Origin: Octopus vulgaris
Taxonomy: Eukaryota
Assembly (NCBI GenBank): GCA_951406725.2
Contig: OX597832.1
Location: forward strand, 47,244,001-47,308,000
Length of the DNA stretch: 64,000 nucleotides
Direction: 5' to 3'
Shown: piece by piece, positions 27,707 to 41,465 of the stretch
Position numbering within the stretch: the first letter of the stretch is position 1
Layout: every line of letters begins with the position of its first letter
Notes under the pieces: model-generated
The model's input: only the letters and a program-made list of their open reading frames with translations
Database searches by the model: none
Told to the model about the DNA's origin: nothing
Program-made: the position numbers and the translations under genes

Positions 27707-27917
27707 CGGGAAGCTTTATGAAAATAGACAAAAGACGAAGGCAGGTGGAAAACAAACAAACAATTGTATTAGTATGGCGCTCAGGAAATATAAATAAAAC
27801 AAGTCTTTAACGTTTCGAGCCTACGCTCTTCAACAGAAAGATACACAGAGAGAAAAAAAACACAGAAAGAAGGAGAGAAAAAAAATGCGTGCAGTAACTA
27901 ACGAATCAACATGGCGA
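27707..27917 (-). mobile_element. Short non-coding hammerhead-bearing element within (TA)n, copy 2
   Basis: Shares acaaaagacgaag.caggtgg...tgtattagtat..cgctcaggaa...acgtttcga.cctacgctcttc.acagaaag with 14429-14615. Confidence 0.7.
27804..27841 (-). ncRNA. Minimal hammerhead-like motif (A6 to U variant)
   Basis: Minus strand TCTTT CTGTTGA A GAGC gtag GCTC GAA ACGT T AAAGA. All three stems can form. Confidence 0.62.
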
Positions 27918-28225
27918 TATATATACATACATACAAAATTTAGAGGATTGACCACCAAAAGTGGACAGCCTGTATGCTAGATATAGGCGTCAAAATCGCC
28001 ATTTTCCACGGAGAATGTATTCTCAAGAAAACATTCACTAAAATACCAAAGCGTAAAAATAAGCAAGACAAATGAAAATATACAAAATAAAAAACGATTA
28101 CCTATGTACTAATTTTGTATGTAAAAGTAATTTTTTAATCTTCGGACGTTTTAAATATGCTAGGCCACTGGTTTTAATTGATTAATATCAATTTCTACCC
28201 TTATTTAATTATATATATATATATT

Positions 28226-28258
<33 letters not shown>

Positions 28259-29723
28259 ATCAGATCTCTGTGGTAAATAGTGGTTCAAGAAATTTGGAAG
28301 TTTGGCTTCCTTTCTTCATCTGGTTACACAAGACTCCAGACTGGCCTTGTTTTCTGAAAGTTTACGTAAGAAAACTACATTTCTTGAACATGTAAAATGC
28401 AGCAGCTGCTAACTCAGTCGTTGCTGTTGGGGTTATTGTTGTTGTTGATGCTGTTGTTGTCACCGTTGTTGTTTTGTTGCTGCCGGCACCGTTGTAGTTG
28501 TTTAGCGCTCAGACAGTTCTGATTGGTCAGGCGTATGTTCAATGCGCCCCAACCATGACAATCCCGTCTTTTGTTAATCTTGGTTTACACTGCCCACTGT
28601 TTTTTTTTTTGTTGTTGTTATGGTTATTGTTGCTATTATTGTTGTTCCTCTTCTTGTTGTTTACCATCACGTTAGCCCAGGCTAATCATATATCAAACCT
28701 AAGACGAAAGGCGTTCCATTTGTGACCCCACTGCCTCTTTTTCTATATACAGGGAACCCAGAATCCCATTTTCTAACACGTCTTCTTTAAAAAGAACAAC
28801 GTGTGATTTGATAGAGATTTTACTGTTATTTCTAGCATTTCAAGTGATCATGTAGATACTCCTTTGCTGACACGTTACGTACTTGTTTTATGAGCGTGAG
28901 TAAGATTTGAGAGGGGTCTCGCCACAGCCCTTTGTTGTTCGGTAGACCGTTAGGGGTTACAACGTGTAAAACTGTTTACGGGAGTATACCTTAACTGTTT
29001 CTTGATGTAGGAAGTATTTCGGAACTAGATTCAGCATCTCCACTTTTGGATGGTTGCACGTTTATTAGCGTTTTTCTTTTTTTGAGCCACGCGTTTTGTA
29101 AGCTGACACACGTGTTAATTAATATTTCATGGACGCATTATGGCCAAACGGTAAAGAAGTTCACGAGGATCTGGTTTCGATCTGCCACTGCGTGACATCT
29201 TCGTCAGCTTCCTCCTGTCGTATTTTCAGCCTTGTGGGTTGATTTGGTAGAATGAAACTGAAAGAATCCTATTGTATACATATGTGTATGCGCATATATG
29301 TACGTAATGAAGGAATGTCGCTTCTGTATCTAATCATTTAAATTCTTCTGGAGGAGATGGTTTCTAACAAAGACAAAGAAGTCCATCTTTGGTATGTAGA
29401 CAGCGATAACAATGTCACATTACGTATATGTAGGTTTGTATGTATGTATGTATGTATGTATGTATGTATGTATGTATGTATGTATGCATGTATGTATGTA
29501 TGTATGTATGTATGTACGTATGTATGTACGTATTGTAGATCTTTAGCTGGGATAAAAAGTCACAATCGATCACAGCACCAGTAACAGTTAAGCTTCGTGC
29601 AATGGCCATACTCGATAACGAGGGGGCAGCCATAATGTATGTATGTATGTATGTATGTATGTATGTATGTATGTATGTATGTATGTATGTATGTATGTAT
29701 GTATGTATGTATGTATGTATGTG

Positions 29724-29757
<34 letters not shown>

Positions 29758-30692
29758 TGTATGTGTGTGTATATATGTATGTATGTGTGTATGTATGCAT
29801 ATACTACGTATGTGTCAGTGAGTATATGTTTGTCCGCCACTGCCGCCGCTTGACAACCGATGTTATGTCCACATAACTTAGCAGTTCGGCAAATGAGACC
29901 TATAGAATATGTCCCATGTTTAATAATGAAAAGTACTGGGTTCAATTCGATCAACTAAAAACCTTCACTTCAAGGCCAACATGGTCACAGTCCGATAACT
30001 AAAACAAGTAAAATATAAAAAATAAAGACAAAAAACAAAGCAATACTTACGAGTGAAAACGAGTGGATGGAAACTGTAAAGAAGCCTGTCGAATGAACTG
30101 TATTTGTGATTCAAAGAAACAGTTCTGTAACACTCTGACAAGCAGACTCTGCCTGACAATAACATTAAGGATGTCCGTGTCAATTCCGCCATTTTTACAT
30201 CATGATTCAGTGAGCAGATTATTCATTTAATCGAATAAACTGCATCCCCATCGTCGAAACCGAAGAAGAACCATCTATTCCATGGTGTAATCATCAAAAT
30301 CTGATATTTCCTTACGTTCTCTTGTCAGCGTTTATTTCATTCTAGAAGACATTTTACATCTACGTTGAAGCTTCATTAAATTCAATCTTTTCGTCCTTTC
30401 TGGTCTCCCATACTTATCACTATCGTTTTGTTTATTATTTCCTAATATTCTTATATTTATATTTCTGTATTGCTTACTGGTAGCAATTAACTCGTAGCAA
30501 TAAACCGAACACTATTTGCGGGAATAATTTACAAATGAGGCAGTTTATTAGCATTACGCTATTCAGTCAGTGAAGGGATTCTGTTGTAATTGTTTTGAAT
30601 ATAATGTCTTATATATCTGTCTATAAATATGTATGCGTGTGTGTGTTTGTGGCGCGCGTGTGTGGTGTGGAAGTAGGTAAGTATATATGTAG

Positions 30693-30729
<37 letters not shown>

Positions 30730-30782
30730 TTATTTATTTATATATATATATATTTATTTATATATATATATATTTATATTAT

Positions 30783-30821
<39 letters not shown>

Positions 30822-31763
30822 GATATATATTTATATATATATGTATATGTATATGTATATATATGTACGTATATGTTTATATTTACAGATATATATATAT
30901 ATGTATATGTATATATATGTACGTATATGTTTATATTTACAGATATATATATATGTATATGTATATGCATAAATATATTTATATATATTTGTGTGTATAT
31001 GTATAGTATAGGTTGATGTGTGTGCGTGTATATATATATATATATATATATCTTTATATGTGTGTATACTTATATATTATGTATATACATATACATACTT
31101 ATGTATATGCATATGTATATTAATATGCATTAATATTTAGCAGAAGTAACTGAGCGTGCGTGAGTTTGTGTGTTAGCGGGAAAATAGCAAAAATTACCAG
31201 AGGTTAATTTTAAAACAGGTTAATTAGATTTTACGTTGATTTAAGTCAGTAACGAATTAAATTTATTAAAAGATCAAATTGATGCGTGACGTATGTCTTA
31301 AGGTAATCTCATTTCGAATCTATCTCACAACAGTGAAATTTATTTCTTGTTTTTTCCAACTTTGAATCAGTTTAGAGAGTGTAGTCGAATTAATTATTGG
31401 TTTGATGACGTCATAAGATTCATTTGCGAAACGTTTATTAATCTATTAAAGGATTTGGTTATTTATTTTGTTTTTTTTGTTTTTTGCTCGGTTGTTTGTT
31501 CGTTTGTTTGTTTGATTGTTTCTTCGTTCGTTCGTTCGTGTGTGTGTGTGTTTTTTTTTTTTTGTTATTTATTTTGCTTTTCTTCCTCCAGCTTCCCATC
31601 CATCTATGAGTAACTGGTTAACTCGTTTTATTGAACTCACTGACTTGACGATGATGATGATGATGATGATGATGAGGATGACATAATAATAACAATAATA
31701 ACAATAATAATAATAATAATAATAATAATAACGTTAATAATTATAATTAATAATATTAAAAAG

Positions 31764-31830
<67 letters not shown>

Positions 31831-31921
31831 CTCTTGGGTGTAACCCTAGAAGCTCAGTTCTGAACTGGTTTATGCAATAAAAATGCCTGAAGTATTAATA
31901 AGATTACTGACATCTGAAATA

Positions 31922-31984
<63 letters not shown>

Positions 31985-32218
31985 GGCCTGGCCTGGTATT
32001 GAGTGATGTTGCTGCTGCTGTTGTTGTTGTTGTTGTTGCTGTATGCCTCTAATTTTATGATTCTGAATTTGCGTCCATTCGTTCTTCGATATATAATTTT
32101 TTGGCGATTTATTGTTGTTGTTGTTGTTGTTGTTTTCTTTTTTTATATATAATTTGGCGGTAAAAATTTTGTCATGGCGTTCTCCCGCCCTTTTTTTAAC
32201 ATTTTATATTCGTTTCAG

Positions 32219-32315
32219 ATGACAAGTATTCTATGTATATGAATACTCGTGCTGCGAGTAACCAGTCCCGGTTCGGCACTTCCCAGTACCCAGGAGTCGC
32301 ATCAATCCAATTAGG
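32219..32315 (+). CDS. Cytoplasmic-tail exon, Tyr/Ser rich
   Basis: Acceptor ttttatattcgtttcag and donor AGG|gtatgc. 97 nt, phase 1 in and phase 2 out. Reads (Y/D)DKYSMYMNTRAASNQSRFGTSQYPGVASIQLG. GC-richer than its flanks. Confidence 0.82.
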
Positions 32316-32743
32316 GTATGCTCATTTATGAAACTATAATGACCACTTACCCTGTCCCCTCCCCCCACTTCCTCCACCATTTACCCTTTTCCAAACCTCT
32401 CCAGGTGTCATTCCTTTGGACGTTAGTCAGTGTAGTCCCAGAAAATACGATAGAAATTCTTTGATTTTTGTTGTTGATTATATATTTCTTAATATCAAAT
32501 GTTCACCAATCACGGTAAAGTAGTTGTATTTTACTCACCTCTGTTTTTTATGTAAATCAAATTGATTGATTGATTGATTGATTGATTGCTCTCTGAATGT
32601 GAATATATATATATATTTGTATTTGTGCGCGTTTCAATGTATTTATGTGCCTATATATGTGTGTATATGTGCATATACTTGTGCTCGTAAATATGTATGT
32701 ATATAAGTACATAAGTGTGCATGTAAATGAATACACATATATA

Positions 32744-32792
<49 letters not shown>

Positions 32793-32801
32793 GTATGTAT
32801 A

Positions 32802-32920
<119 letters not shown>

Positions 32921-33035
32921 CAGATATAAGGTAAAGAATTATTAATTTAATAATTAATAAATTTTACCAAGTAGTTTTGGTATGGAAAAAAACCCATTAT
33001 CGGTAAAAACTTGTACAAAAAGTTTTTTTTATATA

Positions 33036-33217
33036 ATTATAGATATAATTAAGGGCTTAGCAACAAGTTGCTTCAACACATACCGAAAATTTTAGAAATA
33101 GTAGCCAAAAGGCAGTTAATTCTTTTAAAAGAATTACCTGTCTTTTGGCTGCTGTTTCTAAAGTTTTCGGTATGTGGTGAAGCAACTTGTTGCTGAACCC
33201 TTAATTATATTTATAAT
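33036..33217. repeat. 182-bp imperfect palindrome without a spacer
   Basis: Centred on aattcttttaaaagaatt (33126/33127). The arms match without indels out to attatagatataattaaggg / cccttaattatatttataat. Confidence 0.93.
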
Positions 33218-33693
33218 TTTACATATATATATATATATATATATACATATATGCTTACTTATTTGGGCAGTAGTCGATACTGTCAGCACGGATTATATAC
33301 TCTGCTTATGTACATGGAACAGCTAGGCCTATCTTGGTTGTCAACTATCAGGGTATTGAAATGCATTAAAAGAGTATACATCTGGTGGCAACATTAGGAT
33401 ATCTTATTCTTATTGATGAATAGTGATTTGTGAAGTATGACTAGTCTCTCGTGGGAACAGAGTGGCAATTGTGAGCTCCAGGTGAATAAAGGGAACCCCT
33501 CTCAACAATATTCCATTTGACTTTGGGGAAATCCTTTCGATGTTCACGCAGTTTCCAGATGAAACGGGGACGTTTGGTAGAGTTTTCTTAATTCTTGGAC
33601 TCGAAAGAGTGCATGTGCTGTGTATAGCTTTCCTTAAAATCATTACTTGTCATTCCCGTGTAGTCTTTTCTGGTACCTCCGGATGTTGGATGA

Positions 33694-33953
33694 ATGACTC
33701 TATAGACTACAGTGTTTGAGAGTTAGGATCCTTTCAGTGGACAGTCAATAGGATTTCGACAGTTACAAGTTGGGTGCATATGTGTGTGTTTACACTTATT
33801 GGAGCGTGCGATATCTAAAGGCGATGACCCTATAGACTACAGTGTTTGACAGGAAGGATCCTTTCAGTGGACAGTCAATAGGATTTCGACAGTTACAAGT
33901 TGGGTGTATATGTGTGTATTTACTCTTATTGGAGCGTGCGATATTTAAAGCGA
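33694..33953. repeat. Tandem duplication, 2 x 130 bp
   Basis: atgac.ctatagactacagtgtttga...ttattggagcgtgcgatat starts at 33694 and again at 33824. Confidence 0.93.
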
Positions 33954-34260
33954 TTTTGTTAGAGCAAGACTACGGCCTTTGACATTGTATGGATTGAAGA
34001 ATATATTATACCTACCGATTCTAAGGAGATGTTCTTCAGGTAGTGTTGGAAACTTTTAGCTATGTTCGTTGAAGCTTTTATGTTGTATGAAGAATTGAAT
34101 CAAATTATATTTCTCTTTCCGATTCTCCAAGGATTCTGTAAAGCCACTTCTTGCTCATGCTTCATTATAGTATGATGTTAATGATTCTACCAGCTAATAA
34201 TAAAAATACATGCTGATGACATTGCTATATAAGTTCATGTATTTCCTTCCCAATGGAAAA
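33940..34260 (+). mobile_element. Highly decayed LINE reverse-transcriptase remnant
   Basis: Ordered motif remnants TTAFDIVW, a PQGSV-like stretch (ctccaaggattctgta) and HADDIAI. Confidence 0.45.
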
Positions 34261-34481
34261 TTCATCCTTGTTTCTAATACCTTTTGTACGTAACATGGGA
34301 AAATATATCAGAAGTTTAATAAATTCCCCTTAGGAATATCACAGAAAGTTCAGCTGTTTATGTGCATGTACTCTCTGGTACAATTTCTCCATTCATCGGA
34401 AAACAGCTGCCTTCTCGTCGGCACCAACCACAACACACGGAAAATATTATGATGATAATAATAATGATGATGATGATGATG

Positions 34482-34552
<71 letters not shown>

Positions 34553-34644
34553 CTTTTCTGAGCATGAAAACGGACGAAATGCAGTTAAGCATTTTGCCCT
34601 GCGTGCTAAAGATTGTGACAGTTTACCGAATGATAATAAATTGA

Positions 34645-34708
<64 letters not shown>

Positions 34709-34712
<4 letters not shown>

Positions 34713-35272
34713 GTTGTCTGGAAGTTCGTTCCGATTTATAGTAGCTTACCTGTCGACTTATTTTAGAACATGGTTGAATCCATGAAATAGGATTTGACTA
34801 CACCTCCATTTAGAGCACAGTTTAAGCTATCTTTTCGTGGAGGAAGATTTGTGTTCCAATAACCTCCGTTAATTCTGTAACCTTTTAAAATGGAAGATAA
34901 GAATGTTCATTTTCGGCACTTGATGCTTTGGGAACCAGACAAAAATTGCTCCAGCTCGGCTGGGATGTATTACCCCACACTCCATATTCACCAGATATTG
35001 CTCCTTCGGATTTCCACTTATTCAGGTATCTGCAGAATATTCTTAATGGTAAAAATTTCAATTCCTTGCTGACGTAAAAAGATACCTTGATGAATTCTTC
35101 GTCATGAAACCACCTTAATTCTGGGAAGAGGTTATTTTCAAGTCAAAGGAAAGATAGAAACGCATTGTCCAACAAAATGGTTCATATTTGGTTGATTAAA
35201 AATGTAATGGCAAGTATTTATTGACCTTTTCCTTTCCTTTAAAAATCAGCACGAACTTTCCGGACAACCCAA
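34709..35272 (+). mobile_element. Internally deleted mariner element, copy 2 of the same family
   Basis: Same TIRs and the same deletion junction (gatgctttgggaaccagacaaaaattgct) as 2136-2667. Inserted at the end of a (TA)n tract. Confidence 0.93.
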
Positions 35273-35313
35273 TACATATATATGTGTGTGTGTGTATATA
35301 TGTGTGTGTGTGT

Positions 35314-35410
<97 letters not shown>

Positions 35411-35561
35411 CTATATAAAATAATAATAAACTCTGTCAACGCTTCAAAAACTATTGTGAAGTTGATGTTTACACGAAAAATTTAGGTATTTATATTTTCT
35501 ATGGGTTTTTTTTTTTGTTCGTGTCATTTATGTTTTATTTTATTTTATTTTTGTGTTGGAG

Positions 35562-35585
35562 ATCTTCGTCTAATGGAAAATATCT
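35562..35585 (+). CDS. Possible 24-nt symmetric cassette microexon (SSSNGKYL)
   Basis: Long T-tract, then an unusual GAG acceptor, and donor gtaaga. Phase 2-2 and in frame with the exon ending at 32315. Confidence 0.3.
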
Positions 35586-36430
35586 GTAAGAAAGGAATGG
35601 TAATCACAAAAACTTTACCAGTGATAATGTAAAATCAAAGCATGCTTCTATCGAAAATCACATCACAATTTTTCCCGCAAATGGATTAGGTTAAAAATAA
35701 AAATAAAAAGAAAAGAACAATATAAAAAATATATGAATGTAAATTATATGACACACATTCTAACAAATTTTCTGTGTCTTTCATGGCATATTTTTTCGGT
35801 TCTTGTTCTTGGTAGAAACATTTTCTCCTTGTATTCTCCGCCAAATAATATCGTCAATCATTTTCGTTTTCTTGTTCTACTGCTTCCTGCCTTTATTGGC
35901 TTTATTCAAAACCATTTTTCTATACCAAATCCATCACAGTCATTCGTATCCTCCTCTTTTCTCTTTGTTTTTCTTTATCTTTATTTATTTATTTTTTATT
36001 TTCTTCTTTTTTTCTTCTATACTCTCTTCTTCTCCCTTTCCGTAACCGATCATTTTGTTTTCTTAGTCGTTTTTCATGAATTCTCTTCTATCTTTCTTTC
36101 ATTCTTTCTTTCTTTCTTTCTTTCATCCTTTCTTTCTTTCTTTCTTTCTTTCTTCTTCTTCTTTATCTGTTTTTTCTGTCTTTTACGTCATTGTTTTCTA
36201 CTTCTGCTTCTACTACTTCTTCACACATACATACATGATCCTTCGTATGCGTACACGCATTAATGCAAGATATATGCATATGAATGCGTGTGCATTTGTC
36301 AGAGCATACATATAAATATAAACGCCTACATATTTATACATATATACATATACGTATGTACATGTATATATATATGTATATGATTATGTATATATATATA
36401 TATATATGTATATATATACGTATATGATTA

Positions 36431-36477
<47 letters not shown>

Positions 36478-36512
36478 GATTATATATATGTAGATATATA
36501 TATATGTATATG

Positions 36513-36591
<79 letters not shown>

Positions 36592-37022
36592 AAGAATAGT
36601 TGTTACTAATCTAAACGAGTAGTAGTACATAAGAAAAAAATGAAGTTGAAAATGCATAGAGAATGTACGAATATTTAATAAAATGTTTAGACACCTCCCC
36701 CACGCACGCACACATACTCACACGCACACACAGACACATACATTTGCTTTTCAAAACATCGTTCAGCTGTGTCGCGACTATCTTTTCTGGCCGTTTCAAT
36801 TGTAACAGTTATACATCAAAAATAGTTTAAAAAGTCACATTTCTTACCCAACGATTTTTACTGTATTTTGGTAAGAAAGACTAAATCCTTCAGTTATTAC
36901 GTAGGCACTTTAAATTTCTTTTAAAACATTTTATTACATTTTAATTTCTCTTTTACAAACTGAAAAGGGAGCTTGACAAAATTGACTAAATTACCATTTT
37001 TTTCTAATTAGGATCTAAACTG

Positions 37023-37105
<83 letters not shown>

Positions 37106-37469
37106 CAAAGAGCAATAATATACATGAAACTAATGGTAACTTTCTGACCGACCACAAACAACGACTATATAAAATATTACATATATGAGTATAAATACTT
37201 ATATGTATGTATATGAATATACGTATATGTATACATATATACAAATATAGATTCATATATATGTGTGTGTGTGTGTATTTGTATGTGTATATATATATAT
37301 ATATATAAGTATATTTGTGAGTATATGCTGATATAGAATGTTTGCGAAATTTTCTTTGAGAAACCTCAAAAAATACATCGATATTTGCCTGTATGCGTAT
37401 GGTGTTACCTGAGAGGCTATTCATTTTTTTCTGTCTACATGCATTTGTTTGCTTGTAGTTATATATGTG

Positions 37470-37523
<54 letters not shown>

Positions 37524-38489
37524 CATACATATATATATATATATATGCCTACGTGTGTATGTCTGTGTGTGTGTTTGTGTGTCTGTGTGTATGTGCGTGT
37601 TTGTACGGCTCTGTGCCTGTTTGCTGTGCCACCGCCGCGCGCCTATGTGTGTTCTGTGAGCATTTGTATTTCTCTCTGAGTGACTACAGTGCAAACGCAA
37701 CTTAAACGAATTTTATCTCTTCTTTCTAATCCCTGCAACAATCCATTCTCTGTGTTCTTCTCGGCACCATAGAAACGTAGTTATCCATGTTTTCTTGTCA
37801 TGACCTCTTGCTCGCTGCTACAAATTCAATTAAGAAGGAGTCGATTTTATGACACTTTTCACCAACAGAAATTAATAATTAGCAATGTTCACCGACTTTA
37901 AAGCGATTAGAAATCAATACCTTCCATAATTTTATCCGCCGCCATATCGTTGCTATTTTTTTCTTTTTTTCTTTACTATTTCATTTTTCTTTCTTCTTCA
38001 TCCTCTTGTGTTTGTACTAGAGTCGGGAGGTGTTTAGAAATATGTTCTATTATTGAATTTTTTTTTTTTTTTACAATTTTCATTTCTATATTTTTTCTAG
38101 GCTCCAAAATCATATTTCCAAAAGAATAGAAATTCGATTGAAGGAAACCTTTTTTTTTTTTTAAGGTCTTTAGCAATGAAAGCACAATATAATTGACTTC
38201 AATCAGCGCTTGTTACAAAAATATAGCAGAAAAAGCTTACCGTTTTTACATGCTACAATATATACTAAATTCTGATTTATTGTATAGTAAGCACAAACTT
38301 TATGTTTTTATTTCGAGAATATCAAATATTTGTTACATACCGTTTTAAATTTATTCCCCAGGTAAGGACAGTAAATCTAATAATCGCGATTGGATTATGG
38401 TTCCGGATTGCGATGTTTTCACCATTTTATCAACAACATACTTAAATATGCAATATTTTCTATTTGTTATCTATTTAATGGGCCCTAAA

Positions 38490-38680
38490 GTATGCCGGGT
38501 AAAATGCTGAGAGGAAATTCGTCAGTCTTTACCTTCTGAGTTTAAATTCCTCCGAGATAAAATTTGCCTTTCATCCCTACGAGGTCGATAAAATAAGTAC
38601 CAGTTAAGTACTGGGGTCGATGTAATCGACTTACCCCTTCCACGAATTTGCTGGCTTTGTGCCAAAATTTGAAGCTGATA
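38490..38680 (+). mobile_element. SINE family A, sense orientation
   Basis: ttctgagtttaaattcctccgag...tttgcctttcatccctacgaggtcgataaaataagtaccag. Confidence 0.8.
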
Positions 38681-38759
38681 TTTAATTCTTATTCATCTTC
38701 TCCTCCTGAATTTACACGAGTTAAATGAAATTATTTAGCGTTCATTTTTTGTTTTTCAT

Positions 38760-39560
38760 ACAGTTATCAAATACATGCTACCTGATTCGCATCCAAATTA
38801 CACCGAAAACAAACTGTAGGTATGCATTCAGAATTTACATCTGTAAACTCTTCTTCGTGAAAAGTCCCCAAATTCAAAAGTACTCAAGTTAGATAATTTT
38901 GATCGATGTTTATTTTTTTCTTGTATTTATTGGGAATATAAGCGAAAATAGCTACCTGAAATACCTGGAATCGAAACCAGATCGGAAAATCTGTTGGCAC
39001 AAACTAGGGGTAAAAAGCAAGTTTAAAAACACCGACATTCATACAAGTTAAATAAAATTGTGTGACGTAGATATTTTTATATTAAGTAGAGTTACTAAGA
39101 TTATACGTAAAATAATTACTACCTGGAACCGAAATTAGATTAGAAAATCGATACATGCAGAGTGAGAGCTTATCTAAATATTTCTTACTTTATCTAATAA
39201 TTATCTTCTTGGTTAAACGCTTCGATCTTAAAACGACCTGAAATTTACGGAAGTGAAATAGCTATAACCGGAACCGAAATCAGATGAGAAAATCGAAAGA
39301 TCCAATGTAAGATCTTATCTAAGTATTCCTTATTTGGTATAATACATCGGGGGACCTCAAATATGTACATAAATTCCATTATTTTAAAGGATTATTAAGA
39401 ATATAAGTGAAATAGCTAATAACCGAAATTGAAACCAAATCTGAAAAAAAAACGCCTCCTGCTTATAGAGCTTCCAAAGAATTTATACAAGTTATATAAA
39501 CTTGGGTGTCTTTCGAAAATCAGAGAAATATCTAATACTTGATAATTAAGCATAGTAAAG
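38760..39560. repeat. Old diverged tandem array, about 150-180 bp period, 4-5 units
   Basis: A motif of the form aaatagcta...ggaaccgaaa...agat...gaaaatc recurs near 38945, 39110, 39255 and 39410, and weakly near 38770. Confidence 0.6.
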
Positions 39561-40060
39561 AATTCGAAAACCCTCGGTTGCTTCGAGGCCTTGGATTTAC
39601 AGTTGGAAAGAAAAGTGATTAAATAACGTTTATGTCTTCAAATGATTTCATAATGTTCTGGAAAAGCGCAGATAAAGTGAAATATTTACAACAGCAAATA
39701 CGAAGAGGAGTTATACACTCACTAGGAGCTACGATTATTCTCTACAGCGTTCAATTTCATTATTTAAAGTAGAAAACTAAATTTATTGAATAGTAATCTG
39801 GGAACTAGAAGACTGAATGTTACAATGTACAACGGTTTAATTACTTGAAAATATAGCAATAATGAGGGGTAAAAATTATTTTAATAATCTTAATTTTGTG
39901 GGAAAAAAATTCAGAAGAGTATAAATTTCACAAGTAATTCATGATTTAATTCTACTCAACACATGTTACATTGGTATAAAGCATTATTTTTTATATAATT
40001 ACGTAATTAAGCATCATAATTAATTAATTTAAACCTGTGTTACCCAAGTCTTCTGGTGTA

Positions 40061-40415
40061 AGGTGAGGCAGAGAGGGCGGACGTTTTTGAAAGTTTCACA
40101 AATCATTAATTTTAGCTGCAAACAAATTCTGTTGATATCAATGTTTTCATAGTGAATTAGCATTTGTCAAAGTCAAGTGTGGAAAACAACATCCATCATG
40201 TAGTGTCCGTTTTCAGTAATGCACTTCTGAAGGCGTTCCAGGGTCCGTACCATTCGTGCCGCCCCTACCGGTCTCCTATTCATTAGTGTACCTCGTGTAC
40301 ACTCACCCAACTAAAATTCTGAACCTCCTATCTCCTCGCTAGCATTTCACATTCTTTATGGTTATCATTCTGATTTTCTCTCTCTTGTATCTTTTCACTA
40401 TCTATCTATCTATCA

Positions 40416-40467
<52 letters not shown>

Positions 40468-40919
40468 CTCTTTCTGTCTATCTATCTATATATATATATA
40501 TCCGTTTCTATTTTAATTCAGCATTTCACGTCATCTTTAATCAGCAGAGATTTCACCATTTTGTTTGCGTTTCTTATCAATGTTCTTCGCCTTTTTCCTC
40601 CTTTTTCTATCTTTTTCTACTCGTGTAGATCACCCAACGTAAGCTTGTGTTACAGGGGTGGAGGAGACTTGACTTCGGTGAATGTTGAAGTGACGGCGAA
40701 ACTCACGCAGAACTGTTGTGACAGATTCATTATTCTTCACGTGACTGTCGTAGGCAAACACGTGATGCTCTATTATCCACAGCGCCATGACTTCACCTGA
40801 AAAGCAACAAAATATGCTAAGACACCTCGGACCGAATGACACCTGTCGAACATATGTTCTTCACCCTGGGGCTGAGTAGTAGCCATTTCAAAAATGTCCG
40901 TCTTCTCTGTCCCACCCTG
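40061..40919 (-). mobile_element. Internally deleted Tc1/mariner-superfamily element (DUF4817-like N-terminus) containing a 300-bp insertion
   Basis: Imperfect TIRs aggtgaggcagagagggcggacgtttttgaaa / tttcaaaaatgtccgtcttctctgtcccaccctg with flanking TA. Minus strand reads MALWIIEHHVFAYDSHVKNNESVTTVLREFRRHFNIHR...TRGTLMNRRPVGAARMVRTLE joined to the C-terminus RLQKCITENGHYMMDVVFHT*. Confidence 0.82.
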
Positions 40920-41032
40920 TAGTTCTGACCAGCAAAAGTAGGTGAAACAAATTCGGAGATTAAATTATTAATGTTTATTAATAAATACAACAGCGTGCGG
41001 AGTAAATTAGTTTCGGTTCTGTGGTGACAACA

Positions 41033-41073
41033 TTGCATACGTTTCGGTTTTATCAGCGCTCATCAGTTAGCAG
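41033..41073 (-). ncRNA. Minimal hammerhead motif with a canonical core and weakened stems
   Basis: Minus strand ctgctaa CTGATGA G cgctgataaaac C GAA ACGT A tgcaa. Confidence 0.6.
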
Positions 41074-41412
41074 TACATTGTATAAATATTGCTGCCCAAC
41101 ATTCGAATGGTTTGAAATTCATCCAACGTTTTAGGGAAAAATGTTTACTATTGTGATAATTGGCAAGAATGAAGCGGAAAGAAAAATGATGTGAAGAAAA
41201 AACATGGAGACAGAGAGGAAAAAAGAAGTGAATTTAGACACATAAAAAGGAGGAGAAGGAGTTGAGGTGTTGGCGTTGGTAATGGGTATGGGAGAGGAAG
41301 GACGAGATGGAGAAGAGGAATATTTTTGATCAGGAAAATTGACGTATGAAGATGAAGATGAATTAGAAGTAAATGATGCTGAGGTTCGTGGTGATGGTGG
41401 TGGTGGTGGTGG

Positions 41413-41465
<53 letters not shown>

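Noticed and set aside
29165-29215. Hammerhead-like CTGACGA...GAAAC on the minus strand
   Set aside because: It lies in the head of a decayed family B SINE whose better-preserved copies lack the motif, and stems I and III are poor. Probably chance.
38764-38819. Exon-like segment (catacag ... gtatgc)
   Set aside because: It has a stop after six codons in the phase required by the upstream exon, and it resembles a diverged unit of the adjacent tandem array.
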